In this document: positions 1 to 13,935 of the stretch, in pieces
How the letters are laid out: each line of letters opens with the position of its first letter
Numbering within the stretch: position 1 is the stretch's first letter
NCBI GenBank assembly: GCA_051362555.1
Contig: CM120649.1
Coordinates: forward strand, 11,594,001 to 11,658,000
Source: Lingula anatina
Taxonomy: Eukaryota > Animalia > Brachiopoda
Direction of reading: 5' to 3'
DNA: 64,000 bases
Position numbers and translations under genes: made by a program
Notes under the pieces: model-generated
Seen by the model: only the letters and a program-made list of their open reading frames with translations
Databases searched by the model: none
What the model was told of the DNA's origin: nothing

Positions 1-665
1 GAAACAGATTGACTTTGTTTAATAATGACTTGCAAGTATGTTATTTAATTGTTATTTAATTACAACCAAGCATGTTGAAGATATTTAAGTAGTATTAGGC
101 ATGATTTTAGATTTGTTCTCTTTTAGTGGAATAAAAAAAGAATTGGTGATATTCAATTGTATGGAAGTAATTTAAGATTGCTGTTTACATTCTGTTTATT
201 AGTTTGCCATGAATCTTTTTTACAAAAACTATCTATATTCAAACGTTTATTGTATCATGCTGATAAAATAACACTTATTTTTAAAAGTTTGAATAAACAG
301 TTTGTTTTTATTGCTGGTAAGGGGGAATGTTTCTGAAACTATGCCGAAACTGATAGGTTGAAAAGTAAGCGATTATGCATCATTATTTTTCCAGAATTTG
401 CAGAAATAGAATCACACTCCATTCTTATTATTCATTTTTTTTTTCATATTAACATGTAGAAACCTGATTAATTTTTGTAAAAGTTTGCGGAGTGTGAAGA
501 AAAGTGATTTAATTATTTAGGCCCGAAATTTTGTTTGCGTTTTCAATGTCAACACAGTTGAGCTCCGTCAGTGTTGTATGTGTAAATGATGATGTCACAA
601 ATCTTGGAAATGATAATCTTTCATTTAAAATTACAACCAAAGGTAAAAATGCAGGTCCTGACACC

Positions 666-696
<31 letters not shown>

Positions 697-3043
697 ACAC
701 ACCCGTTTGGTTAATTTCTGAAAAATATATCCCACCAATATTCCCCTCTTGAAATTAGAATTTTGGTTAACTAAATTATAGTTCTAAATCGCACGAAAGG
801 GCGCCGTTTGCCTTCCAAAACACCAAAAATTTATCACGGCAGTTTAGCAGGTCCCGAACCCCACGTATAGGGCGCGATGGTTGGCTTCACATCCGAGGCC
901 TGTCGTTCCGGACCCCCCTTTAAATAATCCTGGAACCGCCCCTGCTTGCACATACATGAGAATCATTAAAATGATAATACATGTATATCGGTGGTACACG
1001 GAAGTTACTTTTGAGGATTTCCCCAAAAGCCCTATTTGAAAACCTTTTCCAAATTTCAAAAATTTTGACGTCTGTGATTTGCAGTACTGTAACATTAACT
1101 AAATGGATTGCATATGATAAATCTTTTCATCTGAATTCGAAAAGGTTAAAGAAATTGCCACACTCTAAAGTAATTATGAATGATTCTAAAATAGATTGAA
1201 ACATAAAAAGAAAACGAATCAATTGATTTCGCCTCAGCAAAGAGGCGTTTCAAGCATAAATGACGTCTACACTTGCCCGACTGTACACTGAGAAAAAAAA
1301 ACCAGTTATATTCGTAGATAATAAAAATGTGTGAAAAACTATCGGTTTTGATGGGATTATTGATAGGAAATGCACGTTAAATCAAAGCCGTACGTTTTTG
1401 TTAGAGGCGGAATTAATTCAGGTTTTTAAATATTGACACATTTGAAGATAGACGTACTCATATATAAATGCATGCTATGAGATATAAGTATTAGATTTCA
1501 CGAGGGATGGAAATTGCATTATTATGAATAATTATGCCAAAATATGTCACTTATCAGAACAACGACTCGAGTTTACTTCTTTATCAATATAAAGTATTTT
1601 CCCCGTCGCATAAAACGATCTGAGGATCATTTGACAAAGAAGTGAACACTTTGAACTGCTTTGTGCTTGTGTTTCAAGAATCGCACGAATGTCTTCCTTA
1701 ACTGTTACAACTTCAAAGTTATCTTTCTAGATAGCCACTTTTGATCCATGTTGAAAAAAATATGCCAAGCTTGGACAATTTTCGACTACCCCAAGCGAAT
1801 ACACATCACTAATTGGTGCTCTTCCGAAAAATACTCTTAAATACTTAGTTTATACAATGTCACGGTGGCAAATTGGAAAGTTTGATAACAATATATTCAA
1901 AGCCAAAAAATGTGGACTTCACGCAAACCTAAAAAACTAGATTTGAAATTCATAAAATTTTACAAGATGTAAGAGGTTTTAAAATCTTATGTTATATAAA
2001 TAAAAAAAATCACATGGAAAATATTGGTTTGCTGTGAGCGCTTTAAATGGGAAGCGTGATATTGACATTTAGCACCAACGGAAAATGCCTAACGTGCCCT
2101 TTAAGTGGCCTTAAGTCACCAAATTTTGGTCTAACGCTCTGTCTCATGATAAACCAATATAGCTATGAATCAGCTCACAGCTTAATGAACAGCAGTTTGA
2201 CATAATTATTTATCAAGTCGTGCTAAAATGCGACAAGAAGTACATCAATTTTCTACAAATTAATTGTGTTCTTTAAATCAACTACAAATTGTCAACTTTT
2301 TATCGACAGCTGGGTTTCAAACGGGTCATTTCACAGCATTTTCTCCTGCTTGGCAATGTTTCAAATAAAACTTTGACTCTCAGTTGAATGTGCTACCCAG
2401 AAACTCAAAATGTTCAAATAAGATTCAACTATACACTTTTACTTTTCTGTTTCATTGCTCGAAAAACATAGTAAGATGTGGAGCACACGACATTTTACCT
2501 GGGGGAAAAGACCGTCGTCAGTTTTAAGCATTCGTGCGTAAAAATAGCTTCAAATAAAGCACAAACATTTAATCATTACTAATTACCTAAGAGCGATATT
2601 CTGAACGTTATATTAAAGTAACTGAATTGATATATTAGGATACTTATATCCAAACAGTTTCGCCGTCGTTCCCTGCTCACTCCGTACTAAAGAGGTGACA
2701 TCTCTTTCTAAAGTGTGAGTTCATTTAGAAGCATGGGGGAGGGGCAGCAGCAGGGAGAGGCAAAAAGTGGGCGCCTTTTCTATTTAACACCCGCCATTAT
2801 TTAACGGGTGAAACTGCATTTACAATTTGCTAAAGAAAAAAAAAGTAGGCCCTACTCATTTAGCATGGACATATTTGAAAATAGGCACCAGAAGAAAATT
2901 AAATCCAGACACCGTCCCACCCAATATGAAACGGCTGCATATAGGTCACTACCCTTATATGGTCAACTACATGCTTTTATCTGAGCAGTTTTCCCCCAAA
3001 GATTGACAAAGAAGATGACGCCTCAGCTGCAATTGGAAGATCT

Positions 3044-3184
3044 GGCCCCGTAACTCGTAAGCATCGCGCATTGCGACAAAGAGGCTACAATGTATTAGGC
3101 CTATATGGGGCGAGTATGGGCGAGTTATGGAATCGAGACGCTTCCGCTCGGTCGCAATGCGCGATGCTTTCGAGTTACGGAGCC
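3044..3184. mobile_element. PIF/Harbinger-like palindromic MITE
   Basis: Inverted termini ggccccgtaactcg..gcatcgcgcattgcgac / gtcgcaatgcgcgatgc..cgagttacggagcc, CTG flanks; terminus resembles the MITE at 24207. Confidence 0.6.
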
Positions 3185-3753
3185 CTGCATATCGTTGTAG
3201 ATTTATAATCAGAAATGATATGAAATGGCCATGCAGTTTTTTTCAATGTTTCCACCCTTTCTTCTCAATAATACACTGAACAAAAATATAAACTCAATAT
3301 ATATAAATAAACTATGGCATACAATATTATTTCATTTAAATATATTTTTAAGAAAGCGTTGATTATTTTAACTTTTCAAACCGATTCATTAATATTTCAC
3401 CGGTACTAATGTATCTCTTACACATATAGGCCTAAGTGTCGTAATTATAGTTTAAACTATTAATTAAAATTAAAATTAATTAAAATTCCAAAACATATGA
3501 AAAATAATGTTAGCATTTTGATAGTCTAAAGTCTTTCAATTTAATTAGAAAAGTGGGTGAAACAGAAACTGTAAATTCAGAATTTTGAATACCCCGCCAC
3601 AGTGTACACTTATCCTACCAGTACATTGTTTAATCATGATTTAATTTATTTCAAATAACGCAATGCTTCTTTTGTTATACTTATTCTCTTCTTCGTTTTA
3701 TCATTTTGTAATCATAATCTATTAGTACGTTGTGTCAAAGAAACAGGTAGGTC

Positions 3754-4262
3754 CTAATGTCTTTCTACTAGAGAAACATCGGTCATTTTCTCATCTTCGT
3801 CAACAGTTACTCGGACCTGTTTTCGCCTGTCCCAACTTTCTTCAAGAAGAACTCTCCACTTTTCGGACCTTAGATAAGGCAGATAGGCACGGCGTGTTTC
3901 ATGACCACCGTCATCATTCTGGACTTCAATCAAAACTTCCACATCTTTGGGATTGTTCGTCATTTTACATACAGCGCCCTCTAGAATTGTGAACACCTGG
4001 TGGACTTTCAGGACACCGTCTACATCCTGGCATTTTGCGATCACGTGTCTGCCGTGCAACCAGCTGTCTTCGAACATTTTGCGTTTGTCTTCGCTTCGGA
4101 GGTACGACATGGACAAATTCTGAAGCTTTTCTGACTGCAAAATGTTCAACTGAACCAAAACATCTTTAGGTCGATTTTCAAGTTTTCTTACCACTCCAGT
4201 TAGTGAACTTGAGGCCATATTTTTTTACTCTAGTAGGCCAAGGGAGCTGTTTCTCTAGGCCC
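3754..4262 (-). pseudogene. Terminal exon encoding two tandem ~70-aa repeats (OB-fold-like), with a 1-nt frameshift in an A7 run near 4220-4226
   Basis: Acceptor ttttcatttctactatAG. Repeats LTGVVRKLENRPKDV..YLRSE..FEDSW and LEGAVCKMTNNPKDV..YLRSE..LEESW. The upstream part GLEKQLPWPTRVK is out of frame by one base. Confidence 0.55.
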
Positions 4263-4419
4263 CTATAGTAGAAATGAAAATACATAAATAGATTTTAAAA
4301 AGTCCACACCAAATGAAATATTCCCGTGGTGTAACTCAACAAGAACATTTTAGCATTTTTCTTAAAGAAGAATAGTTCAATCTTTAATGCTAGCTGTCAT
4401 TCATTACGCGCTTGAGTAG

Positions 4420-4757
4420 GGGTCATGTCGATAGACCCTGTGCCGTTACTTCCCAGCACCGATACTCCCCCGCACCAATTATCCCTCTTAGTAAATTTGT
4501 GTGTATAATGCGCATCCATACGACCCCACACCGATAGATCCCCGCATCGATAGGCCTACATCCCCAGTAAAATTGCCGATGTAGGCGCACCGTTACTCCC
4601 CCACACCGATACTCCCCCACATCATTGCCTCCCCGCATCGATAGGGCCTACTGCGGGGGAGTATCGGTGTTAGGGAGTATCGGTACGGGGGAGTATTGGT
4701 GCGGGGACGTACCGGTGCGGGGGAGTATCGGTCCGGGGACGTATAGTGATGTAACCC
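4420..4757. mobile_element. Foldback MITE with GGG termini and 8-bp TSD
   Basis: Flanks ttgagtag / tcgagtag (1 mismatch); ccgatactcccc repeats in the left half and their reverse complement in the right half. Confidence 0.55.
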
Positions 4758-5046
4758 TCGAGTAGCCTACACGTAGGCCTGCACATAAGCTACAGTACAT
4801 GTTGGCCTACACACGCATACTGTACATGTAGGCCTTCACACACGCCTGTTACGGTTCTTAGGCGTCCGTCGTATAGGCCTACGTTTTGATTACGCTGCCA
4901 AGCGGTGGTGTACGTTCGAATACGCAGAGCATCTTAAATCTGAGAGTAGGATAGTCTACACATGTACATGCTCACTGTAATTCGAAACGCCATATACCTG
5001 TCAGCGCTGGAATTTAGAAGGTTATTAGGCCTACATATGATGAACC

Positions 5047-5213
5047 CAGGCCCGTAGCCAGCAATTTCAAAAGGGGGGTTCTTTTTTTTTGAAAAAGTGG
5101 ACTTTTTCCCATAAAAAAATTCATACCTAGATCAATTTTTACCCAGAGTAGACCTTTTCCCAGCAAAAGGGGCGGTTTTTTCGAACCCCCCGAACCCCCT
5201 GGCTACGGGCCTG
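5047..5213. mobile_element. hAT-type MITE with 5-bp TSD (hAT5-like)
   Basis: TIR caggcccgtagccag / ctggctacgggcctg; GAACC duplicated on both sides. Confidence 0.65.
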
Positions 5214-5245
5214 GAACCTCTACTTCTCCTGTGTAGGCTACATGT

Positions 5246-5468
5246 AGGCCTAGGCCTACTATGTAGTAAAAAGTCTTTGAGATAATTTGACAGACTGCTT
5301 TCTTACCTTGAAGATGGCGACAGCGGTGATATAACCCAAACAAACTAAAATTCAAGAGGCCTAGGCCTATTATGTAGTAAAAAGTCTTTGGGATAATATG
5401 ACAGACTGCTTCCTTACCTTGTAGATGGCGACAGCGGTGATATAACCCAAATAAACTAAAATTCAAGA
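5246..5468. repeat. 111-bp local tandem duplication
   Basis: Two near-identical units starting aggcctaggcct at 5246 and 5357; includes a splice donor. Confidence 0.9.
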
Positions 5469-5929
5469 GTGGCACAGCTTTCATTCAGCATCGACCTTAG
5501 ATCAACCTCTTCATGTAAGTTTTAACAGTGATAAGGAACCTGATTTGTATATAGGCCTACTGGGGTATACATGTGTACCAGTATTAACAGAAGACCTTGA
5601 AGAGCGATGTCCTGCTGGGGTCTACGTGCTCCATATCATTCCAAAAGCTGTGTTTGTGACATCGGCTATCTTCTCCACTCCACCGCGTGACGGCACCTTG
5701 GATTAAAACACCGTGCAATCTGGGGACGGTCGAAAGCTTAACTGTGAGCCTATGGTATGTTTACTGACCTATATTTCTTCCAGACAGTACTATTCATCGA
5801 GTATTGGAAGTGGTGTTTTGACCTACTTCGAAGGACGTATTTGTCAATCGGTAAAAGGTCGCGGAAAAGGTGCTTATGTGTTAAACTTATCGCGCTCTTC
5901 TTTCTTCTCTGACGATAAATTATAGGAAC
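5307..5929 (-). pseudogene. Decayed exon(s) upstream of the 3754-4262 exon
   Basis: AG|GTAAG donors at about 5418 and (duplicated) 5307. The phase-2 end (SPLSPSTR) matches the phase of the 4262 acceptor. Several in-frame stops. Confidence 0.35.
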
Positions 5930-5944
5930 CTATTTTGTGCATAA

Positions 5945-6140
5945 TTACTTCCGCCAAGGAGGTTATGTTTGTTTGTTTGTTTGTTTGTTTGTTTGTTTGT
6001 CATTAACATAACTCAAAAAGTTATGGACCGATTTTGATGAAATTTTCAGGTGATCCGGATCAATAATCAATCAATAATTAATAATAATAATAAATTGCTG
6101 CCTTGGCGGAGGTTTGTGCTCTCGGAGTGCTTTTCAGGTT
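5945..6140 (+). mobile_element. Helentron-associated non-autonomous element (HINE/DINE-1-like)
   Basis: Subterminal inverted repeat tccgccaagg / ccttggcgga, (GTTT)n microsatellite, 3' hairpin gctctcggagtgc, T-rich ends. Confidence 0.7.
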
Positions 6141-6976
6141 ACTTTCTGCTTTTTGTCTGAACATTTGACAGCTTAAAACTAAACTAAAGAGAATATTTTT
6201 TTCCTTGACGCTAGCCTTCATAGATGTGACAACCAACTTTTTAAGTACGTCACCTGTCATTAACGATGTTTATATTTTTAGTTAATATTCAAGAAGTGAA
6301 TGAAGAGTTGGGAGTGTTTCATGAGAATGATTTATGCGTTTCCCTAATAGACACTGAAAACACCACCGGGGGATTTGCAAGTGGAGCTGGAGAGAGAGAG
6401 AGAATGGAGGGAGGAGAACCCAAAAGCAAGAAATAAAAGAAAATGCAAGAATCATGATGTTTTTGCAATTAATATAGAAGTCAATACCATTTTCACACGA
6501 ATGAAAACACGGCGGTGTTTCTGACCACTTCAGGAAAAAAGGATATGAAGTCGTGCACTCCCGAACTATACACGTAGGCGACAAACTCAGTATCCTTATA
6601 TGACACCTATACTACGCTGCTACACACTAGAAACAAAAGAAAAATATCCAAGCATTTATTTTAGTTAGTGCATGTATTAAAAACAATTCTGTGAAAAAGA
6701 ACACCACCAACTAATATAAAGTAAATAAGACTTATAAATATAATGTCACACTTCTGAAAATTCAAGTACAAAATAAATAATCAAAGGGTAATTCAAGTAC
6801 ATGTACAAAATTAATAATCAATTCAAGGGTAAGAGCACACTAAACTGTCACCTTGATCGAATAATGGAACAAAAAAAAAAAAAAAAAAAACTACTGAAGA
6901 ACACCATACTAGTCCACCATAGCGCAAAAAAAGGAAAGAATTAAAATAAAATGAAATAAATAAGCAGAACAAATAG

Positions 6977-9394
6977 GGGTCAAAACACGGTATTTGAAAT
7001 GTCTCTGACGGGACATTTTAGAGACAATTTTAAAAATTACAGTTGGTAAACAATCCACATGGTTACTTTTAAATACATTTTTATTTAGCTGGACCATAAA
7101 GGATTATGTAAAACAAGCAGCTAATTTGTATTGAAATTAATGTGGGAATGACAATCACTTAAAGGTCTGTCTCTGACGGGACATTTTTGACCCCTGTATT
7201 TTTTTACTAAAACTCCAATGCAAAATTCTCTTTGAAATTTCATTTAATCAAGACTTTTGTGATTCATACTGCAAGGTACAAGTCTTGGGTAGCAATTAAT
7301 GCACAAACAGGCCAGTTTTGTTTACTTTCCTTGGCAGCATGGGCTGTTAAGTGTAAAAAGTCACTGTCTCTGACGGGACGTCTCTGACGGGACACTTTTG
7401 GGCACTATTGAAAAATCTTAGAAAAAAGGTTTAAAAAGTCACACATTTGTATCTAATGAATCTTACTTGATGGTTATTGCAAAATAGCATTTCTGTACAT
7501 TAGAAAAATCACCAGGTGCAATATGTTTAGAATATTAATTAATTATCATGACACAGCGATAAGGCACAGTATAATTTTCACATAATCCACTGTCCATTAC
7601 TCCTATTTCTCAATATCAATCAATATTTTCCATGATAGTTCACATGAAAAATCCTGTTTTTCAATTAGTCTTAGAACACATATCTTTTCTGCACTTTAGA
7701 GATTTTTTCAACCAGTCACATTAACAGGTGATGGTAACAAGTAAAGTCCACGAGTGTCTATGCTAGGCATGCTTTGTTTTCTGTGGCAGGGTACACAAAG
7801 TTTCTTTTGCCAGAACCTTCAGTACGTAAGAAACTGACTTCCACTTCGCCATCTTCAGTGTCATGGGTGACCTAACCTAAGAATTGTTTTACTCCTTTCC
7901 TAGCAGCAAACTCCGGAATGACAAAATCTCCCTGGTGAGACTGAGCTGTGCCTTGACCGACATTGTCATAGTGTGAATGTGCAGGCAAATCAAAGTCCCC
8001 AGTCATATGAATAAGTTTAGCATATTAAGAGGGTTGCTGGTACAAAGAATTGGTTGACACAAGAACATGTCCATGGGGCTAGGGCTGGGGCTGAAGCTGT
8101 TGGAAGTGTTGAATTCCTGGAACAGATGGACAGTTTTCCTAGCAACTGCTGATGGGTGCGGTAGCTGCTACAATATCTGCTGCAGACAGGTACATTATGT
8201 TGACATTGGGGCATAATTCTTTGCCAGCCAAATAGAATTGATAAGGTGTATCTACAACCATTTTTCTCTGGAACACTGCTCTCCAAACCTGATGTTTCAT
8301 TTCCCCTACGATCCCATCCACTGGTTCTTTGCCATGGGCAGTGGTATAAAAAGAACCACTGCGCTTCCATACCAAAATCTGTTTCATGATAGTACCATGT
8401 ATAGACAGTAAAAACCAACTTTTGAATTGACTGGGGGCTGGGCTCCATCTGACCAGTAATGGACTTTGCTGAATGATTGCTGGTGTTAGAGGTCTTCGAG
8501 AATGGCCTTATTACAAGTGAAGACAGTCTGTTTGTTATGGTGCAGATCATCAGATACCACAACATATGGTTGGAGCTGGAGGTCTCCTTCAGACTCTGTT
8601 CTAAATCATGCACATGCAGTGAACAGAATGACCTGCTCACAGTTCTAGTGCTCTGACATGATCTCTGACGGCACATGTCAACACCTAATCATTGACAGTC
8701 AACCTAGCTAATAATCAGTAATGGTTAATGAATTACCCAGTAATGATCAGTTGCAAAAGAAAAACAAGAAATGTAACACACCAGAACACTTGAAAATGAT
8801 TCAATTGAAGATGTAAAACCTTGTGTTTCACATCTGTCAGAAAATGTCCCGTCAGAGACAGAAAATGTCCCGTCAGAGACAATGATAAAATGTGGCAATA
8901 AATTCACTGTAAATTGTTTTAATTTTGTAATTTTTAGCTATAATCATTACTTATCATTATTTAAAAGAGGATTTTAAGTTTCATTTATACAACCTACCAG
9001 ATGTGGAAAATATGAAAACTTTTCGAAGTCAAATGTCTCTGACGGGACACACCACTCTTAGTGCTAAATAATTTTTTACTCAAAATAAGTGATATGTGGC
9101 AGTTTTCTATGTTAAACTATCACTTCTGATTAGTTTAACATATTTGGTTGATAAAAACTTGAAAAAACAACCTAATATCTGACTCAGGCCAATATGACCA
9201 TGTGTCCCGTCAGAGACAATTTTTTTTTTCATTTTTGTTTCCCAGTGGCTCACAGAAAAAGTACTGGGAGTATATCAATGAAACTTACATTATCTGAAAA
9301 TTTGATTTGTTTTCTACAAAAATGTAAAAATTTTAAATTTCAATGAAACTAAAAAAAATTTGACACCCATGGCACCGTTACCGTGTTTTGACCC
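6977..9394 (-). mobile_element. Sola2-like DNA transposon, internally deleted, with transposase remnant (about 7700-8680)
   Basis: TIR gggtcaaaacacggta at both ends, 4-bp TSD ATAG; frameshifted remnants HYWSDGA and WFF/YTTAHGKEPVDGIVGEMK; recurrent subterminal motif tgtctctgacgggaca. Confidence 0.75.
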
Positions 9395-9698
9395 ATAGGT
9401 TAAGTAATTCAAAATGAACTTAACTCGTTTAATTCTTTTTCTAAATTCATTAACTGATCAATTTGACGCAGGGGGTTAATTAGTTAAAATATAGCATAAA
9501 GCAGTCGTATATGTTCAAAAATTGTTAATTTGCTTGATATTTGGATCATATATGATATTTTCACAGAAACTGAAAATATTTTCCATTGCCAATATTGACA
9601 ATGTTAGTTAAGACTAAGATAAATTAAAACATTTGTATTATTAAAAAGAGATAATGGTCCACGTTAGTTACGCTTCTATCATGTATAATAGCTTTATA

Positions 9699-9759
<61 letters not shown>
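9699..9759. repeat. (AAT)n microsatellite
   Basis: About 20 perfect AAT units. Confidence 0.95.
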
Positions 9760-9762
<3 letters not shown>

Positions 9763-10470
9763 GCACACATGTGGATCCGGAGTAGGGTACGTTGTATATG
9801 TTTTATCCCTTAATCTCGGATATACAGTAATAACTCAATCTTTTCAATGACAAAAATTGTGAATTTTAGACTATTTATATTTCGTATAGTCATTGTTATA
9901 AATCTTTGAAATTAGAATATTCACATAATATTCACATTGTGAGGTAACAACAAAACTGAAAAGCAGGCTACCCTGTGCATGTGGTTGTATTTTCTATACA
10001 GTAAAAGTAGCACAATATAATTTTGATTTCAAAATTATGTATCTGAAAGATGCTGCCACCCCATTGCAAATATCAAATCGTCTCAGTCTCAGTATCTACT
10101 ACTCTGATTTGAAACCAACCTTGCAAAAATATCTTGGATATATTCTACGCTGTCTGTTAATTCTTCTCTCTATAATGACACACATACAAATTTAAATGGT
10201 GTCTTGACGCAGATTGTAAAGGTTACCCTTAAACTATAACATTATGTTGACCTGTCGTCACTGAATAAATAATAATAATAATAATAATTTATTGAGCACT
10301 GAAATGTTTTTACATTTAGAGGCTCTCTAACTACTATACATTATACATACGAAAAGATAGTAATGATAGTAAATGAAAGAGAGAAAGAAAAATATACTTA
10401 TATAATGTTACACAATATACATTCTCTTAATATGCAGGTGAGATGCATGAAATCATTTGTGCACTTCCAG

Positions 10471-13400
10471 TTAATTACGTTTTTTCATAATTTTACTTAC
10501 AAAATTCCCTACTGCAATCGCACTCTGCTCAGTGGGTGGGTTTAGAATGATGTCAAGCTGTTTGACCTCGTCTGTTAGACCTTGCAAGTTTACCTCTGGT
10601 ATGCATTCAAACAGCAATTTCCTTTCAATTTTGTGATGGGCGCATTTTAAGAAAAAATGTATTTCATCTTCTACCTCATTACAATGAGGGCATTTTCGTT
10701 CTGAAAGTTGTGTTTTTGGGATTGTATGCCGCCCTTTTTCAATTTCTAGGTCATGGTCACTAATTCTCATTTTTGCCAAAAGTATTTTGTGGGTGCGTGA
10801 AATATTCATTTTCAAGTATGGTTCGGGTTCATATTGATGTTTAATTTTCCTGTATGTCCTCAGCTTATTATTTTCCTCTCTGTGTAACTCTTCCCAAAAA
10901 TCTAATTTTATTTTGATGGTTATGTCACTTTCTAGATTTTGGTTATTGTGAATTTTATTGACAGTTAGTGTTGAATTTGAGTGATTTAATCCCCAACATG
11001 TAGCCAAGTTTGACATTGCCCAAAACCAGTTTTTTTCCCTTTTTGCTTGTTCTCTATTGTATGCTTGCTTAACAATTCTTTGCTCTGGAAGGTTATTCAG
11101 CCTTTCACTGTATCTTAATACTAATTTAACAATGTCCAAGTATAATGGGAGGCGCCCAAGTTCTGCACGGCAGGCATTATTGCTAGCTGACCTTCTCACA
11201 CCAAGTGCCCATTTACACATCTTTAAATGTATTTGTTCAAAGGGCATTTTGTTTATTTTATTTAATGATATTTTTTTCTCTGTGAAGATTTCTTGGGCCC
11301 AGATTTCACATCCATATAAGAGAATGGGTTTAATCATCTTGTCGAAAAGATTCATGATAAGTATGGGTGATGAAATTTCTTGCGATGCTAGTATTCCCTT
11401 TAGAGTAAACATGGCTTTCAGGGCTTTTTGCTTGAGATTTTCAATTGAATGTTTTAATGATCCTGTGTTAGTAAAGACTATCCCGAGGTATGAGTATTGT
11501 TTGACTATTTCTATTGGTCTGCTATTTATAAAGAAGGTGTGTGGTTCAATTCTACCAGACTTGTTGAACACTATTATTTTTGATTTGTTTTCATTAACTT
11601 TTAGTTTCCACTGCTTACAGTAATTTTAAAGGTTGTTAAGAAGAGTTTGAAGTCCTTCTTTCGACTGTGATAGCAAGACTAGGTCATCTGCATATAAAAT
11701 GTGTTTTAACCCTTCAACTTCATTTGCACTATTGTTTGTGTAGAGTTCACTTTTTAAATCATCAATGAAGATGTTGAATAGGACTGGGCTAAGGTTATCT
11801 CCTTGTCTTATACCTATTTTAGATATGAATGTTTGGGTGTAGCCACAATTAACTGACACGCCTAGTCTTGTGTTGCTGTACATATACTTTATCAACTTGT
11901 AAATTTTGCCTCTGACACCTATTTTCAGTAATTTCAGCATAAGACCCTTATGCCAGACTGTATCAAAAGCTTTTCGCAGGTCGACGAAACAGGCAAATAC
12001 ACGTTTGTTCTGATTCATATGTTTGTTTATAATTGACTTTAAGGTGAATATATGGTCAGTCGTGCGATAACCAGGTCTAAACCCTGCTTGTTCCTCACTT
12101 AATTTCTCATTGGACTCTAAAAATAGTGTGAGTCTGTTAGTCAATATGCAGTTAAAAAGCTTTCCAAGACAGCTGGTGATGCAAAGACCTCTGTAATTTG
12201 ATGGGTCAGTTCGTTCTCCAGATTTATATAGCGGCAGTATTATACCCAGATTCCACACATCAGGAGTTTCAGATGTGTTCATTGCTAAATTGAATATTTT
12301 TGTTATTAGTCCCACTAAGTATATTGAACCACTTTTCAACATTTCATTTCTGATAGAGTCCTCACCAGCCGCTTTTCCATTTTTCAATTTTTTTATAGCT
12401 GTTTTTACCTCTCTAATGCTTATGGGGTTATTAAGGACAGGGTCTCCTTTTTTTTTCTCATATTCACTTATTTCCTTATCTATTCTGTGATCATCAGTAG
12501 GGGGGGTTCCACAAAGTTGTTGGAAGTGTAGTTGCCAAGTCTCAGGACTTATTATGTTGTTATTTTCTTCTCTATCCTTTAGTTTTTTAAGTGTCTGCCA
12601 GAATTCTTTAGGATTGCTTTTTTCAGATACTAGTAGTCTGTCTAGGATGGCATTTTTGTACTCATTCTTTCTTTGCTTTACTAGTTGTTTATATTTCTTT
12701 GTAGCTAGGTGGTAGGTTTGCGAGATGTAGTTATTGTGTGGATTTTTTTGTAGTAGTTTACCAAGGTGTTTTATATTTCTTCTGACTTCAGAACACATGC
12801 TGTCAAACCATGGTTGTTTTTTTATTCTTTTTGTTTGTTTATTTGATCTCATGCTTATGTTATTGACTTTTTTACGCAAAGACAAGTATGCAGCATTTTC
12901 AATTATATTTGTTAATTCATCACAGGCACTTTTTAATCCTTCTTTAGACGAGGGGAAGTATTTGTTTTGTGCTAGGCTGATTTGTTTTAAGCTGTCCTCA
13001 CTTTCAAGAGCTTTTAAAAATTTCTCAGTTGAATCTGTTTCCCAGATGTAACGGTCTTTGAAATTTTGTAATGATTGAGTTGGAGATGATTCTTTGATAC
13101 CGGTGGTGTGAATTGCAAGGTCTAACAGACAGTGATCTGATAAATAATCAATAGGTAATACTGTAAGATACATAATTTTGCTCATCAGTCCATCGTTTGT
13201 GATTGCATAATCAACTGTACTGCACCCATGTATATTATAACAAGTTGGATACCCGAGAGAGTTGCCTTTAGTTCTACCATTGAGTATCCTTAAGTTACTA
13301 CTTCTACATAATTCAAGTAAGGCCTTTCCTTGCGAGTTGACTATTGTATCAACATTATTTCTCTTTTGTGAAAATCTGTTTGTAGGATAACTATCAGTCA

Positions 13401-13935
13401 TTTGAATTCCAAACATGGTATCATCTTTGATGAAATCAGGTAGTGTCCCCGTTCTTGCATTGAAATCTCCAATTAAGCAAATTGACCCATATGATTGGTA
13501 AGTTGCAATTTCATCTTCAAGTATTTCTAGGGTTTCTTCATCTGAGGGGCCATTGCCTGGTTTAATATAAACTGCACATAGGAATAAATTATCCTCTAAA
13601 CCAAAGTGTTCACCTGCTAGTTTAATCCACAACAGATTTTCACTCTTGCTTCTAAGCACTTTGATTCCCTTTATGAATTCTTTTCTGTAATATACTACTA
13701 TACCCCCAGAGGGTCTGCCTTTAACTTTCTTTTTCTTTCTGAGTTGTTCAGTGTGGCCATGGGTGCCACCAGGTAAAGCTATTTTAGATCTTATAGTGCT
13801 GAAAGTTTCTACGCAAACAAATATGTCAAAGCTTTGAACTGTTGAAATGAAATTATCATCACTTAATTTTTTAGCAAGTCCCCTAACATTCCGCATGCCT
13901 ATACGTAACATATTGTAATTGGTATATTGACTCAA
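10471..13935 (-). pseudogene. LINE ORF2 (AP endonuclease, reverse transcriptase, C-terminal zinc knuckle) with one in-frame stop at 11626-11628
   Basis: NVRGL, ET, GDFNAR, SDH (APE); NYRGLCI, QGDNLSPVLF, YADD (RT); CPHC..EDEIHFFLKC. ORFs 11626-13935 and 10471-11571 are in the same frame. Confidence 0.92.

Noticed and set aside
509-1199. Short ORFs at the window start
   Set aside because: Driven by poly-C, (CA)n and MITE fragments; no protein-like signal or splice support.
6480-6610. VFLTTSGK peptide suggesting a tyrosine-recombinase (Crypton) relic
   Set aside because: Too short, with no catalytic residues or flanking support.
11057-13051. Plus-strand ORFs of 71-188 aa
   Set aside because: Antisense shadows of LINE ORF2.
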